From the NCBI GenBank assembly GCA_963805625.1, contig CAWDVE010000010.1:416001-480000 (forward strand): 64,000 nucleotides of DNA, given 5' to 3'. Each line of letters starts with the position of its first letter. Position 1 is the stretch's first letter. This document shows, one piece after another, positions 33,001 to 41,854 of this stretch. This DNA comes from an uncultured Candidatus Rokubacteria bacterium (GTDB taxonomy: Bacteria; Methylomirabilota; Methylomirabilia; Rokubacteriales; DASRDR01). The notes under the pieces are model-generated. The model was not told the DNA's origin. It worked only from the letters and a program-made list of their open reading frames with translations, and did no database searches. Position numbers and translations under genes: made by a program.

Positions 33001-33178
33001 GCCGATGGCGCTGGGCTGGCTGGTCGGGGGCGAAGCGAATGCGCCACTGGCCCGGGCCGTCATCGGGGGTCTCATCGTCTCGACCGGGCTCACGCTCGTC
33101 CTGATCCCCACGCTCTACACGATGCTCGAGGAGCGCTTCCCAAGACATCTCGCGCTCGAAGAGGAGGGCGCGGCCTGA
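30029..33178 (+). CDS. RND efflux permease (AcrB/MdtB-like)
   Basis: 1049 aa; GRLVDDSIVELEN, RLRPILMTS. Confidence 0.96.
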   Translation: MWLTLVAVRNAIAVLMAALAIVVLGGTSLKRLSIDLFPNINQPVVTVGTVYTGANVQDIEKTVTYPIEKVVSAVPGVHHVESRSRQGISVVQVWFNYDADLNAGQNDIIQRIQQISNTLPSGIKQPFIIRADLSNIPVCLLTVSGGGFDERQLYDIAYNTIEPQIERINGVAAANVDGGKIRQIAVNLNRDLLYAKGISVLDVVRSVNDSNFLMPSGDIKIGTIDYNMFTNNQFQLVKPMEDIIVRKVGDVPVRVRDLGYVQDSSEQQTSVVRVDGARAVYLRVNKQPSANTIEVVDGVRSLLSKLDRVPPGVKVGLIFDQSTYIRQSIESLWHESVQGAALAFLVILIFLRSVLSTVIISIAIPLSIMCTLIAMYFLGQTLNIFTLGGLALAVGRLVDDSIVELENINRHLAMPGKDRRTAVLDAAREVAMPIFVSTITTIVVFLPTVFLEGQAKLLFIPLTFTISFSLFASFLVSRTVTPLLCLRLLKPKPIRDHGQPGLRDRFMAWTQAFFDGLDSAYQDTLRWALGHRKVVVLGVLGVFLASLTLVPLIGSEFFPSSDESQFRVTLRGPLGTRVEETEKVVARIEDLVRKNLQPGELKSIVSSVGIPGGRSALFTGNTGPHAAQVQVYLDTPDRRKRSDVQIVNAIRPRFVGEFPGSLTYFNLGGIISRVLNRGSQNPLEVEVLGYDLDDAPGVAREVARVMRDTPGVADVQVSREGNYPQFSVVVDREKAATAGLSQRDVAQAALFSLNSNVSVNPSIFTDPRSGNQYNIVVQLDEPFRVRPEDLGKIFVTAPAGRPIVLSTIADIRRSVAPVEIERKYQQRLIRVSGNPAGRDLGAISDDIEQRLATIQMPSGFMVQMGGQTAQQREAFSSLAFMIVLALMLVYMVMASQFRSLKDPFIIMFSVPMGLIGVILALFLTRTTLSTTSFMGVIMMVGIVVSNGVLLVEYTNELRRRGMPLGEAVVRAGRTRLRPILMTSLATVFGLMPMALGWLVGGEANAPLARAVIGGLIVSTGLTLVLIPTLYTMLEERFPRHLALEEEGAA

Positions 33179-33240
33179 GCCTCCGGCCAGGCCTCTGCGC
33201 GCCCCGGGCTGTGCACCTCGACAAGGGAGAGTCCGAACCG

Positions 33241-34635
33241 ATGCGCACCAGAGCATCCCGCGCCGCGCCGGGCCTCGGTCTCGCGCTGGCGCTTGGCCTG
33301 ATCGCCACCGTACCCGCGTGGGCCCAGACCTCCACCCCCGCTGCGCCCGCCGCCCCGACTCCGGCGACTCCGCCGGCCACACCGCCTCGCGCGGGGTCGG
33401 CGACCGCGCCGCTCCGGCTCACGCTCACGGAGGCAACCACCCTGGCGCTTCGCCAGCAGCCCACCATCCGCTCCGCCCAGGGATCTCTCACGGCGGCGCA
33501 GGCGCGGGTCCCGCAGGCCAAGTCGTTCTACTTCCCGCGCTTCGACCTCCAGACGGGGATTCAGACCAGCGAGTTCCAGAGCGCCACGACGAACAATCGC
33601 CAGCGGAGCGAGAGTACCTTCGCCACCATCGTGGGGCGCCAGCTCATCTACGACTTCGGAAAGACGGCGGCGCTCGTGGACGAGGCGCAGGCGGGAAGCC
33701 GGGTCGCGTCGGGCGAGCTCGAGCGGGTGCGCGACCTGGTGGTCCAGAACGTGCGCCAGTCGTACTTCAACCTCCTCCAGGCCCGGCGGCTCGTCGGGGT
33801 GGCGGACGCCGCGCTGGCCCGCTCCGAGCTGAACCTCCGGAGCGCCCGGGGCTTCTTCGACGTCGGCACCAAGCCGAAGTCCGATGTGACCAAGGCCGAG
33901 GTCGAGGTGGCGAACGCGCGCGTCGACGTGATCCGTGCCCGTAACCTCGTCCGGTTCACGGAGACCAGCCTGGCCAACGCCCTCGGTCTCGAAGCGACGG
34001 TGCCCATCGAGATCGACGACATCCTGACCTACGAGCCCGTGACGCTGGACTCGGCGCAGCTCCTGGCGGAGGCCCTCGGCAACCGGCCCGAGCTTCGGCA
34101 GTCCCAGTCGCGGCTGGACGCGGCCCGCGCCCAGCTCGCCGGCGCCCGTGCGCGATACCTCCCCGATCTCACGGTCAACGGGAGCGCGGGCATGTCCAGC
34201 GACGACGCGGTGGTTTCCACGGACGGGGTCTCCAGCGTGGCATTTGCCGACACCTGGTCGATCACCGGGCAGCTGACGTGGAACCTGTTCGAGGGGTTCT
34301 TCACGCAGAACCGGGTGAAGGAGACCCAGGCCCTCGTCGAGACCGCCCGGGCGAACTACGACAGCGTGGAGCTCCAGGTTCGGCTGGAGGTGGAGCAGGC
34401 CTACATCGCGGTGGTCGAGGCCGCCGAGCGGTTCGGGGCCACGGAGAAGGCGGTCGAATCCGCGCAGGAGAACCTCCGGCTGGCCCAGGGCCGCTACGAC
34501 GCCGGGGTGGGGACCATCCTGGAGCTGACCGAGGCGCAGCTGTCGCTGACGAATGCCGAGGCGGACAGCGTCCGGGCCGTCACCGACTTCCGAGTCGGGC
34601 TCGCGGTCCTCGACCGGGTCGTCGGCCGCCCGTAG
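33241..34635 (+). CDS. TolC family outer membrane protein
   Basis: Signal peptide, QLIYDFG, YFNLLQA, RPEL, AQENLRLAQGRYDAG. Confidence 0.93.
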   Translation: MRTRASRAAPGLGLALALGLIATVPAWAQTSTPAAPAAPTPATPPATPPRAGSATAPLRLTLTEATTLALRQQPTIRSAQGSLTAAQARVPQAKSFYFPRFDLQTGIQTSEFQSATTNNRQRSESTFATIVGRQLIYDFGKTAALVDEAQAGSRVASGELERVRDLVVQNVRQSYFNLLQARRLVGVADAALARSELNLRSARGFFDVGTKPKSDVTKAEVEVANARVDVIRARNLVRFTETSLANALGLEATVPIEIDDILTYEPVTLDSAQLLAEALGNRPELRQSQSRLDAARAQLAGARARYLPDLTVNGSAGMSSDDAVVSTDGVSSVAFADTWSITGQLTWNLFEGFFTQNRVKETQALVETARANYDSVELQVRLEVEQAYIAVVEAAERFGATEKAVESAQENLRLAQGRYDAGVGTILELTEAQLSLTNAEADSVRAVTDFRVGLAVLDRVVGRP

Positions 34636-34720
34636 GGCCCCGCCTGGGGTGGCGAACACCCCCCTGCCCGCTCGCGTCCAAGATGCTGTGGCGAAGGCAC
34701 CGGGTGCGACAATGAGAGGG

Positions 34721-36559
34721 ATGGGGCGGCGGGGCCTTCTCGTGCTGGTCGTCGTCGTGATCTTGGCGGCCGTCGCCATGGCGGGGTACGTCTTCTCGAC
34801 GAGCCGCACGCCGGTGACCCGGTTCCGGACGATGACGGTGGATCGCGGCACGATCGTCGCCACCGTCTCGGCGACCGGCGCCCTGGCGGCCGTGACCACG
34901 GTCCAGGTGGGGAGCCAGGTGTCCGGCCAGATCCGCGAGGTCCTGGTCGACTTCAATTCCCTAGTCCGCCGGAATCAACTGATCGCCCGCATCGATCCGG
35001 ACGTCTTCCAGGCGAAGCTGAACGCCGCCACCGCCGACCTCGAGAGTGCCCAGGCGCAGGTGCTCAACCAGCGCGCCAACGTCGAGAAGGTGCGCGCGGA
35101 CGTCGAGAACGCCCGGGCCGCCGCCGCGACGGCGGAGGCCAACGTCGAGCGCATGCGGGCCGACGTCGAGAACGCCCGGGCGGTCATCGCCACGGCCCAG
35201 GCCAACGTGACCCGGGACGCCGCGACCACCAGCAACGCGCGCCTGGAATTGGACCGCCGGATGGACCTTGCCCGCCAGGAGCTCATCTCGAAGAGCGAGC
35301 GCGACCAGGCCCAGATGGCCTTCGACACCGCCCAGGCGCAGCTCGAAGCGACCCGGGCCCAGGAGCGCGCCGGTCAGGCGTCGCTCCGATCGTCCCTGGC
35401 GCAGCTCGTGGCGGGCGAGTCCCAGGTGCGGGCCGCGAAGGCCCAGGTGGCCTCGGCGCAGGCCACGCTCCAGGTCGCGGAGGCCCAGCTCAAGGCGGCG
35501 GACGCGACCGTCCGCCAGAAGCAGGCCGCGCTCGAGCAGACGCGGCTCGACCTCGTCCACACCGAGATCCGGGCGCCGGTCGACGGCGTGGTGGTGTCGC
35601 GAACCATCGACCCCGGCCAGACGGTCGCGGCGAGCCTCCAGGCGCCGACTCTCTTCACGATCGCCCAGGACCTCACCCGGATGCAGGTCGAGGCGGCGGT
35701 GGACGAGGCCGACGTCGGGCGCCTACGCGAAGGTATGAGCGCGGTGTTCACGGTCGACGCCTTCCCGGGCCGGACGTTCCGCGGCGAGATCTCCCAGATC
35801 CGCAAGGCCGCCCAGGTCGTGCAGAACGTGGTCAGCTACACGACGGTCATCACCGTACCCAACCCCGATCGCACGCTCCTCCCCGGCATGACGGCAAACG
35901 TGCGCGTTCAGGTCGACCGGCGCGAGGACACGCTCCGGGTGGCCAACGCGGCGCTCCGGTTCCGGCCGCCCGCGGACAGCGGAGCCGAGCCGGCCGCCGC
36001 GCCGCGGGCTCGCACCGGCGCCGACGATCCGGGCGGGCGGGGACAGGCCGGGGGGACGAGCGCTCCGGCCGGCGGCGCATCAGGCGGTGGCGGTGGCCTC
36101 CGCGAGATGCGGGCTACGCTCGTGCGGGATCTCGCGCTCACCCCGGAGCAGCAGACGAAGGTCGACGCGATCTTCGAGGAGGCCCGCCAGGCGTTCGCGG
36201 CTGCGCGAACCCAGGCGGGCGATGACAAGGCGGCGGGCTCGCAGCGGCGGCGCGCCCGGACCGAGATCCGCGAGAAGATCCGGGCGATCCTGACGCCCGA
36301 CCAGCAGAAGCGATTCGACGCCGCCCTGCCCGTCCAGGACGGCGCGGCGGCGCCGGCCGCCACGGCGGCGCGCGTCTACGTCCCGGGCCCGGACGGAAAG
36401 CCTCAGGCCGTCGCCATCATGGTGGGGCTGTCGGACGGTACCTACTCAGAGGTCGTCTCCGGCGAGATCAAGGCGGGCCAGGACGTCTTCGTGGGCACGC
36501 CGTCCGGCGGTGCGGGGCGCTCCGCGGCCCCATCGGGCGGCCCGCGCCTCCGTCTGTGA
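34721..36559 (+). CDS. MacA-like efflux adaptor with an inserted LTxxQ helical domain
   Basis: [41 protein letters not shown]; LTPEQQ...LTPDQQ insert. Confidence 0.9.
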   Translation: MGRRGLLVLVVVVILAAVAMAGYVFSTSRTPVTRFRTMTVDRGTIVATVSATGALAAVTTVQVGSQVSGQIREVLVDFNSLVRRNQLIARIDPDVFQAKLNAATADLESAQAQVLNQRANVEKVRADVENARAAAATAEANVERMRADVENARAVIATAQANVTRDAATTSNARLELDRRMDLARQELISKSERDQAQMAFDTAQAQLEATRAQERAGQASLRSSLAQLVAGESQVRAAKAQVASAQATLQVAEAQLKAADATVRQKQAALEQTRLDLVHTEIRAPVDGVVVSRTIDPGQTVAASLQAPTLFTIAQDLTRMQVEAAVDEADVGRLREGMSAVFTVDAFPGRTFRGEISQIRKAAQVVQNVVSYTTVITVPNPDRTLLPGMTANVRVQVDRREDTLRVANAALRFRPPADSGAEPAAAPRARTGADDPGGRGQAGGTSAPAGGASGGGGGLREMRATLVRDLALTPEQQTKVDAIFEEARQAFAAARTQAGDDKAAGSQRRRARTEIREKIRAILTPDQQKRFDAALPVQDGAAAPAATAARVYVPGPDGKPQAVAIMVGLSDGTYSEVVSGEIKAGQDVFVGTPSGGAGRSAAPSGGPRLRL

Positions 36560-36563
36560 TGCG

Positions 36564-37319
36564 ATGACTCCCACGGCGGGCCCGGCTCTGGTCGAGGTCC
36601 GCGACCTCGTGAAGACCTACCAGCTGGGCGAGCACCAGGTCCTGGCTCTCCGCGGCGTCAGCCTCGACATCGCGGCCGGGGAGTTCGTGGCGGTCATGGG
36701 GCCGTCCGGCTCCGGGAAGTCCACCTTCATGAACCTCCTCGGCTGCCTCGACACCCCGACCGCTGGAGCCTACCGACTCGACGGCGACGACGTGTCGACG
36801 CTGTCGCGGGATGCCCTGGCAGCCATCCGCAACCTGAAGCTCGGCTTCGTGTTCCAGACGTTCAACCTCCTCCCGCGGATGACCGCGCTCGAGAACGTGG
36901 AGCTGCCCCTCCTCTACGGCGCCACCAGCGCCCGCGAGCGGCACGATCGGGCTCTCGCGCGGCTTCGCGACGTGGGGCTCGAGAGCCGCGCGTCGCACCG
37001 GCCGAGCCAGCTCTCGGGCGGGCAGCAGCAGCGCGTCGCGATCGCGCGCGCCCTCGTCAACGAGCCCCGGCTCATCCTGGCCGACGAGCCCACGGGGAAC
37101 CTCGACACGCGCACGAGCGTGGAGATCATGGCGATCCTCCAGCGGATGAACCGCCGCGGGATCACGATCGTGCTGGTCACCCACGAGGACGACATCGCCA
37201 AGTTCGCGTCGCGCATCGTCGCGTTCCGGGATGGGCGCCTCCGCTCGGACACGCCGGTCGCGGCTCCCGCCGACGCCGAGGCGGTGCTGCCGACGCTCGG
37301 CGAGGAGGTGGCCGCGTGA
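36564..37319 (+). CDS. ABC transporter ATP-binding protein (MacB/LolD-type)
   Basis: [32 protein letters not shown]. Confidence 0.96.
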   Translation: MTPTAGPALVEVRDLVKTYQLGEHQVLALRGVSLDIAAGEFVAVMGPSGSGKSTFMNLLGCLDTPTAGAYRLDGDDVSTLSRDALAAIRNLKLGFVFQTFNLLPRMTALENVELPLLYGATSARERHDRALARLRDVGLESRASHRPSQLSGGQQQRVAIARALVNEPRLILADEPTGNLDTRTSVEIMAILQRMNRRGITIVLVTHEDDIAKFASRIVAFRDGRLRSDTPVAAPADAEAVLPTLGEEVAA

Positions 37320-38548
37320 AGGCCTGGGCAGCGGTGCGGATGGCGCTCGCCTCGCTTCGCGTCAACAAGCTCCGGACCGCCCTCACCATGCTCGGCATCG
37401 TCATCGGGGTCTCCGCCGTCATCGCGATGGTGTCGGTCGGCGCGGGCGCTCAGCAGCGGATCGCTGACCAGATCCGGTCCATGGGCTCGAACCTCGTCGT
37501 GGTCTTCCCGGGGGCCCAGACCTCCGGGGGTATCCGCTGGGGCCTCGGCAGCCAGCAGACCCTGACCGAGGAGGACGCGCGGGCGATCGCCCTCGAGGTG
37601 CCCGCGGTGGATGTCGCGGCGCCCTCGGTGCGCGGGTCCGCTCAGACGGTCTTCGGCAACCTCAACTGGTCGACCGTGATCCAGGGGGTGACCCCCGACT
37701 ACGTGGAGGCGCGCGAGTGGGGCATGGCGAGCGGCCGGATGCTCGGGGCCCAGGACGTGGACGGGGCGGCGAAGGTCGCCGTCCTCGGGGAGACCGTCTG
37801 GCACAGCCTGTTCGGGGACAGCGATCCCATCGGGGAGACGATCCGGATCAAGAAGGTCCCGTTCACGGTGATCGGGGTCCTCGAGCCGAAGGGCCAGTCC
37901 GCGTTCGGCCAGGACCAAGACGACCTGGTCCTGATTCCGCTGTCCACGGCCAAGAAGAAGGTCCTGGGCTCCAATCGGTCCAATCCCCGCTCGGTCGGAA
38001 CGATCACCGTGCGCGTGCGGTCGGCGGATCTCATGGCCGAGGGCGAGGAGCAGATCCGCGCCATCTTGCGGCAGCGCCACCGGCTGCAGGCGGGCCAGGA
38101 CGACGACTTCCAGGTCCGGGTCCTCGCCGAGATGTTCGCAGCCCAGGAAGAATCGGCCCGGGTCATGACGATGCTGCTGGCGGCGATCGCTTCCGTCTCA
38201 CTCCTGGTCGGCGGCATCGGCATCATGAACATCATGCTCGTGTCAGTGACCGAGCGGACCCGCGAGATCGGGCTCCGGATGGCCGTCGGGGCGCGTGGGC
38301 GGGACATCCTCGCTCAGTTCCTGGTGGAGGCCGTGACCCTGTCGGCGGTCGGCGGGATCATGGGCGTCGGGATCGGCGTCCTGGTCTCGGCCGTCATCGC
38401 CAACCTGGCCGAGTGGTCGACGGACATCTCGGTCCAGGCGGTCGCCTTGGCGTTCGCCTTCGCCGGAGCGGTGGGCGTGTTCTTCGGCTTCTATCCCGCG
38501 CAGAAGGCGTCGCGGCTCGATCCGATCGAGGCCCTCCGCTACGAGTGA
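37316..38548 (+). CDS. MacB-like ABC permease
   Basis: [41 protein letters not shown]. Confidence 0.96.
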   Translation: MKAWAAVRMALASLRVNKLRTALTMLGIVIGVSAVIAMVSVGAGAQQRIADQIRSMGSNLVVVFPGAQTSGGIRWGLGSQQTLTEEDARAIALEVPAVDVAAPSVRGSAQTVFGNLNWSTVIQGVTPDYVEAREWGMASGRMLGAQDVDGAAKVAVLGETVWHSLFGDSDPIGETIRIKKVPFTVIGVLEPKGQSAFGQDQDDLVLIPLSTAKKKVLGSNRSNPRSVGTITVRVRSADLMAEGEEQIRAILRQRHRLQAGQDDDFQVRVLAEMFAAQEESARVMTMLLAAIASVSLLVGGIGIMNIMLVSVTERTREIGLRMAVGARGRDILAQFLVEAVTLSAVGGIMGVGIGVLVSAVIANLAEWSTDISVQAVALAFAFAGAVGVFFGFYPAQKASRLDPIEALRYE

Positions 38549-38963
38549 GCCCCGCCCTGGAGCGAGCTTTGAGCTCGATCCGGTATCCGTCCGGGTCCTG
38601 GATGTAGAGCGAATCACCATCCCCGAAGGCCCCGCGCCGGGGCACGACATCCCCCTCGACCGTGACGCCTCGTTGCCGGAGCCACGTCGCGAGGCGCGAG
38701 AGATCGGGGCACCGGATGGACAGGCATACGTGGTCCATCCGGGCCGAGGGCGCGGCGGTCTCGCCGGCGGCCAGCGGGAGCAGGTCGATCAGGTGCCGCC
38801 CGGCCCGGAGCTGGATGAGGCGGGCGCGCTCGTTCACGTGGTCGAGGCGTAGCCCCAGGATGGTCGTGTAGAAGCGCTGGGAGGCCGCCTGGTCCCGCAC
38901 GCGCAGGACGACGTGGTCCAGCTCCAGGATCTCGAGAGGCGGGCGCTCGGACGGCTCTGTCAT
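38394..38963 (-). CDS. VOC/glyoxalase family protein
   Basis: LDHVVLRVRD..FY, MDHVCL, SLYIQDPDGYRIEL; C-terminal tail overlaps the MacB permease in antisense. Confidence 0.85.
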   Translation of the reverse strand: MTEPSERPPLEILELDHVVLRVRDQAASQRFYTTILGLRLDHVNERARLIQLRAGRHLIDLLPLAAGETAAPSARMDHVCLSIRCPDLSRLATWLRQRGVTVEGDVVPRRGAFGDGDSLYIQDPDGYRIELKARSRAGLTRSGGPRSDRAATPSARDRSRRTRPPLRRRRTPRRPPGPRCPSTTRPGWR

Positions 38964-38967
38964 TGCG

Positions 38968-39516
38968 TCAGAAGGGTCGTTTCGGTGGTGGGTTGGCCGA
39001 GATTCTCTCCGAGACCACTCGAGAGGCCGAGTCCAGCCGCCCCTGGCCGGCTCGGTCGCCCGCGGCCGTTCCGAGGTGGAGTGCCAGGGCGATGGCCCCT
39101 GTGAGAAAGATGGTGATGTTAACGGCCACGGCCCGCCGGTGGAGCCGCGAGAACTCGAGGGGGGCGAGGTCCCCGGCCGGCGCCGCCTGGGCGCGGAGGC
39201 GGGCCGCGTGGGCCTCCGGGAGGAGCACGTGCCCCGCGTACACCGTGCCGATCAGGGTCAGCGCCAGCAGCGCCACCGTGCCCCAGCGGAGCGGCGTAGG
39301 CTCCCGGAGGGCGAGAACCAGAACGAGCGCGAGCGCCATCGCGATGGTGGTGAGCCCGAAGCCGTAGTACCCGGGGAAGACCCCTTCCATAACCCGCGCC
39401 GCCACGGGTCGGTCGACCACGCGGAAGGTGGCCGGCGCCACGAGGAAGGACAGGAAGACCTGCACCCCGAGGCCCGCTCCGAGGAGGGCGGTCGCGAGAC
39501 CGTGGACGAGTCTCAT
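38968..39516 (-). CDS. DUF4149/TMEM205-like membrane protein
   Basis: FLVAPATF...VFPGYY...FSRLHRRAV; four hydrophobic segments. Confidence 0.75.
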   Translation of the reverse strand: MRLVHGLATALLGAGLGVQVFLSFLVAPATFRVVDRPVAARVMEGVFPGYYGFGLTTIAMALALVLVLALREPTPLRWGTVALLALTLIGTVYAGHVLLPEAHAARLRAQAAPAGDLAPLEFSRLHRRAVAVNITIFLTGAIALALHLGTAAGDRAGQGRLDSASRVVSERISANPPPKRPF

Positions 39517-39692
39517 CTCGATGCGATGATCCGGGTCAGTGTGCGTGGTTGTCAAGGCGCGCCGGCGGATGGCGCGCCGGCCGATGGTGCCCAGTCCAGG
39601 CGCGGCGTTCGCAAAACCCAGGAAGGCCGTGCCGCCACACTCGTCGCTCTCCCCTGGCACCGGCTGCGAGCGCCGAGGTACCATCGGCGTCC

Positions 39693-40421
39693 ATGCGCCC
39701 ACCCCGCTCTCGCGCGCGGTCCTTCCCGAAGCCTGGCTGGCTCGCCGCGGCCCTCCGCGCCCCCATGTCATCCGAGGAGATCGGCGCCGTGATCCGGACG
39801 CTCCGGGGCCAGGCGTCATCCTGGCGGCCGACGGCGGTGGCCGAAGTCGCCTCGGAGCAACCGGATCCGTTCCGGGTCCTCGTCGCGTGCCTTCTCTCGC
39901 TCCGGACCCAGGACGCGACCACCCGCGAGGCCTCCGAGCGCCTCTTCCGCGTCGCGGACACGCCGGAGGCGATGCTGCGCCTGCCCGCTGCCCGGATCGC
40001 GCGGCTGATCTTTCCCGTGGGCTTCTACCGGACGAAGGCGCGGGTGATCCGGACGATCTGTCGGGACCTCCTCGAGCGCTTCGGCGGCCGGGTGCCCGAC
40101 GATCTCGACGCCCTCCTCACTCTCAAGGGCATCGGACGAAAGACCGCAAACCTCGTGGTCACCGTCGGCTTCGACAAGCCCGGCATCTGCGTCGACATCC
40201 ACGTCCACCGCATCTCGAATCGCCTCGGGTTCGTGCGGACCAAGGCGCCGGACCAGACGGAGCTGGCGCTTCGCGCGAAGCTTCCTCGTCGCTACTGGAT
40301 CGGCTACAACGACCTCCTGGTGGCCTTCGGGCAGAACGTGTGCCGGCCGCTCTCGCCTCATTGCTCCCGCTGTCCCGTGGCCCGCTGGTGTCGGCGGGTG
40401 GGTGTCGGCCGGGCTCGCTGA
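39693..40421 (+). CDS. nth: Endonuclease III
   Basis: HhH LKGIGRKTANLV, VDIHVHRISNRLG, CRPLSPHCSRCPVARWC Fe-S motif. Confidence 0.93.
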   Translation: MRPPRSRARSFPKPGWLAAALRAPMSSEEIGAVIRTLRGQASSWRPTAVAEVASEQPDPFRVLVACLLSLRTQDATTREASERLFRVADTPEAMLRLPAARIARLIFPVGFYRTKARVIRTICRDLLERFGGRVPDDLDALLTLKGIGRKTANLVVTVGFDKPGICVDIHVHRISNRLGFVRTKAPDQTELALRAKLPRRYWIGYNDLLVAFGQNVCRPLSPHCSRCPVARWCRRVGVGRAR

Positions 40422-40440
40422 GTCAGGCGAACTCGCGTCG

Positions 40441-41589
40441 ATGAGGTCTCCGGCGATTCAGGTTGTCCGCGCCGTCCTGCTGGGCCTCCTTCCGGTGGCG
40501 CTGGCGGCAGGACTGTGGCAGGTGGAGCGGGATCGCCCGCTCTGGCTCACGCGCAGCGTGTCGCCAGTCCCGCACGCCGTTACGGGGCGGCCCCCGACCC
40601 TGCCGCGCCTCGTCCTCGCTGTCCACTATCCCTGGTACGGGACCCCCGCGGGGCCGACGGGCCGCTGGCGACACTGGAACCATGCGCGGCTGGAGATGCC
40701 CCAGGCGCGGATCCGCGGCTTCCACGATCCCCATCGCGAGACCGAAGCCGGGCGGCTCGACATCGGCGCGAGCCACTACCCCGCGGGCGGGCCGTACGAC
40801 AGCCTAGACCCTGCCCGGATCCGTACCCAGTTTGCCTTGGCCCGAGAGGCGGGGCTGGACGGCTTCCTGGTGTCCTGGTGGGGCCGCGAGAGCGAGGAGG
40901 CGCTGGGTCTTGCCGCGCTCTTCCGTGACGCCGGCGGGGCCGGCCTGGTCCTGGCGCCCTACTACGAGACGGGAGAGCTCTGGCGCCGGGGTGCCGCGGG
41001 CGTGGCGGCGGACCTGGCGAGCCTCCTGGACCGTCACGGGCGCGAGCCCGCCTGGCTCCGCGTCGCCGGCGTCCCCGTGGTGTTTCTCTACGCGTCGCAC
41101 CGGCTGCGACCTCGGGTGTGGGATGCGGTGCGCGCACGGCTCGCCGCGGAGGGCCGGCGGCTCTTCCTGGTCGCCGACGCACCGACTCCGGACTGGCTGG
41201 CCGCGCGGCCCGCCTGGCTCCAGCGCTTCGACGCCCTTCACGTGTACACGCCGGTCGTGTGGCTCTCGCGGGGCCGGGACGTGGGTGTCGCGTACCGGGC
41301 CCTCGGCGACCTCGCGCGTGGGGCCGGGCGGCCTTTCATTCCCGCAGTCGCGCCCGGGTTTGACGACCGCCAGGTGCGAACGCCAGGCACCGTGGTGGAT
41401 CGCGCCGATGGCACGACCTACGACCGGAACTGGGAGGCAGCCCTCTCGATCGATCCTCCGTGGATCCTCGTCTCGAGCTGGAACGAATGGCACGAGGGCA
41501 GCGAGATCGAGCCGAGCGTCGAGCACGGGCGCCGGTACATCGACGTGACGCGCGCCTGGGCCGAGCGCTTTCGCCGGAGCGGACCCTGA
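40441..41589 (+). CDS. GH99/GH71-like glycoside hydrolase
   Basis: HYPWY, GPYDS, GFLVSWWG, VAPGFDD, SWNEWHEGSEIEPS. Confidence 0.8.
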   Translation: MRSPAIQVVRAVLLGLLPVALAAGLWQVERDRPLWLTRSVSPVPHAVTGRPPTLPRLVLAVHYPWYGTPAGPTGRWRHWNHARLEMPQARIRGFHDPHRETEAGRLDIGASHYPAGGPYDSLDPARIRTQFALAREAGLDGFLVSWWGRESEEALGLAALFRDAGGAGLVLAPYYETGELWRRGAAGVAADLASLLDRHGREPAWLRVAGVPVVFLYASHRLRPRVWDAVRARLAAEGRRLFLVADAPTPDWLAARPAWLQRFDALHVYTPVVWLSRGRDVGVAYRALGDLARGAGRPFIPAVAPGFDDRQVRTPGTVVDRADGTTYDRNWEAALSIDPPWILVSSWNEWHEGSEIEPSVEHGRRYIDVTRAWAERFRRSGP

Positions 41590-41620
41590 TCTACGCCACC
41601 AGCCTCTGACGCTCGCTTGA

Positions 41621-41840
41621 TCGTCGAACCTGCTCGATGGAGGGGGAGTCCGCGAGTACCTCGGGGGGAAGGAGGAACGCATCCAGCGCTGCAACGAACC
41701 CCGGAGGGGGTGGGTGGCTGTCTCGGCGTTCTGGTATCAGGTGTCGCGTACCAAGCCCGAGTGCGACTACCGACGCTGGCTGCGGAAGGAGAGCCTCGTG
41801 ACGAAGGTCGGGTATTCGATCTTTGTGTTTTGGGCTGAGC
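41621..41840 (+). pseudogene. Possible remnant of the C-terminus of a GT-C (ArnT/PMT-like) glycosyltransferase
   Basis: Frame reads GGGVREYLGGK...PRRGWVAVSAFWYQ...YRRWLRKESLVTKVGYSIFVF; no upstream start and no nearby stop; lower GC. Confidence 0.45.
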
Positions 41841-41854
41841 AGATTCGCCTGGGG

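Noticed and set aside
35074-35185. DNA direct repeat inside macA as a CRISPR or mobile repeat
   Set aside because: In-frame coiled-coil duplication with only two copies
39520-39690. Possible riboswitch between the DUF4149 gene and nth
   Set aside because: No recognisable aptamer; explained by divergent promoter elements (TTGACA on minus, TACCAT on plus)
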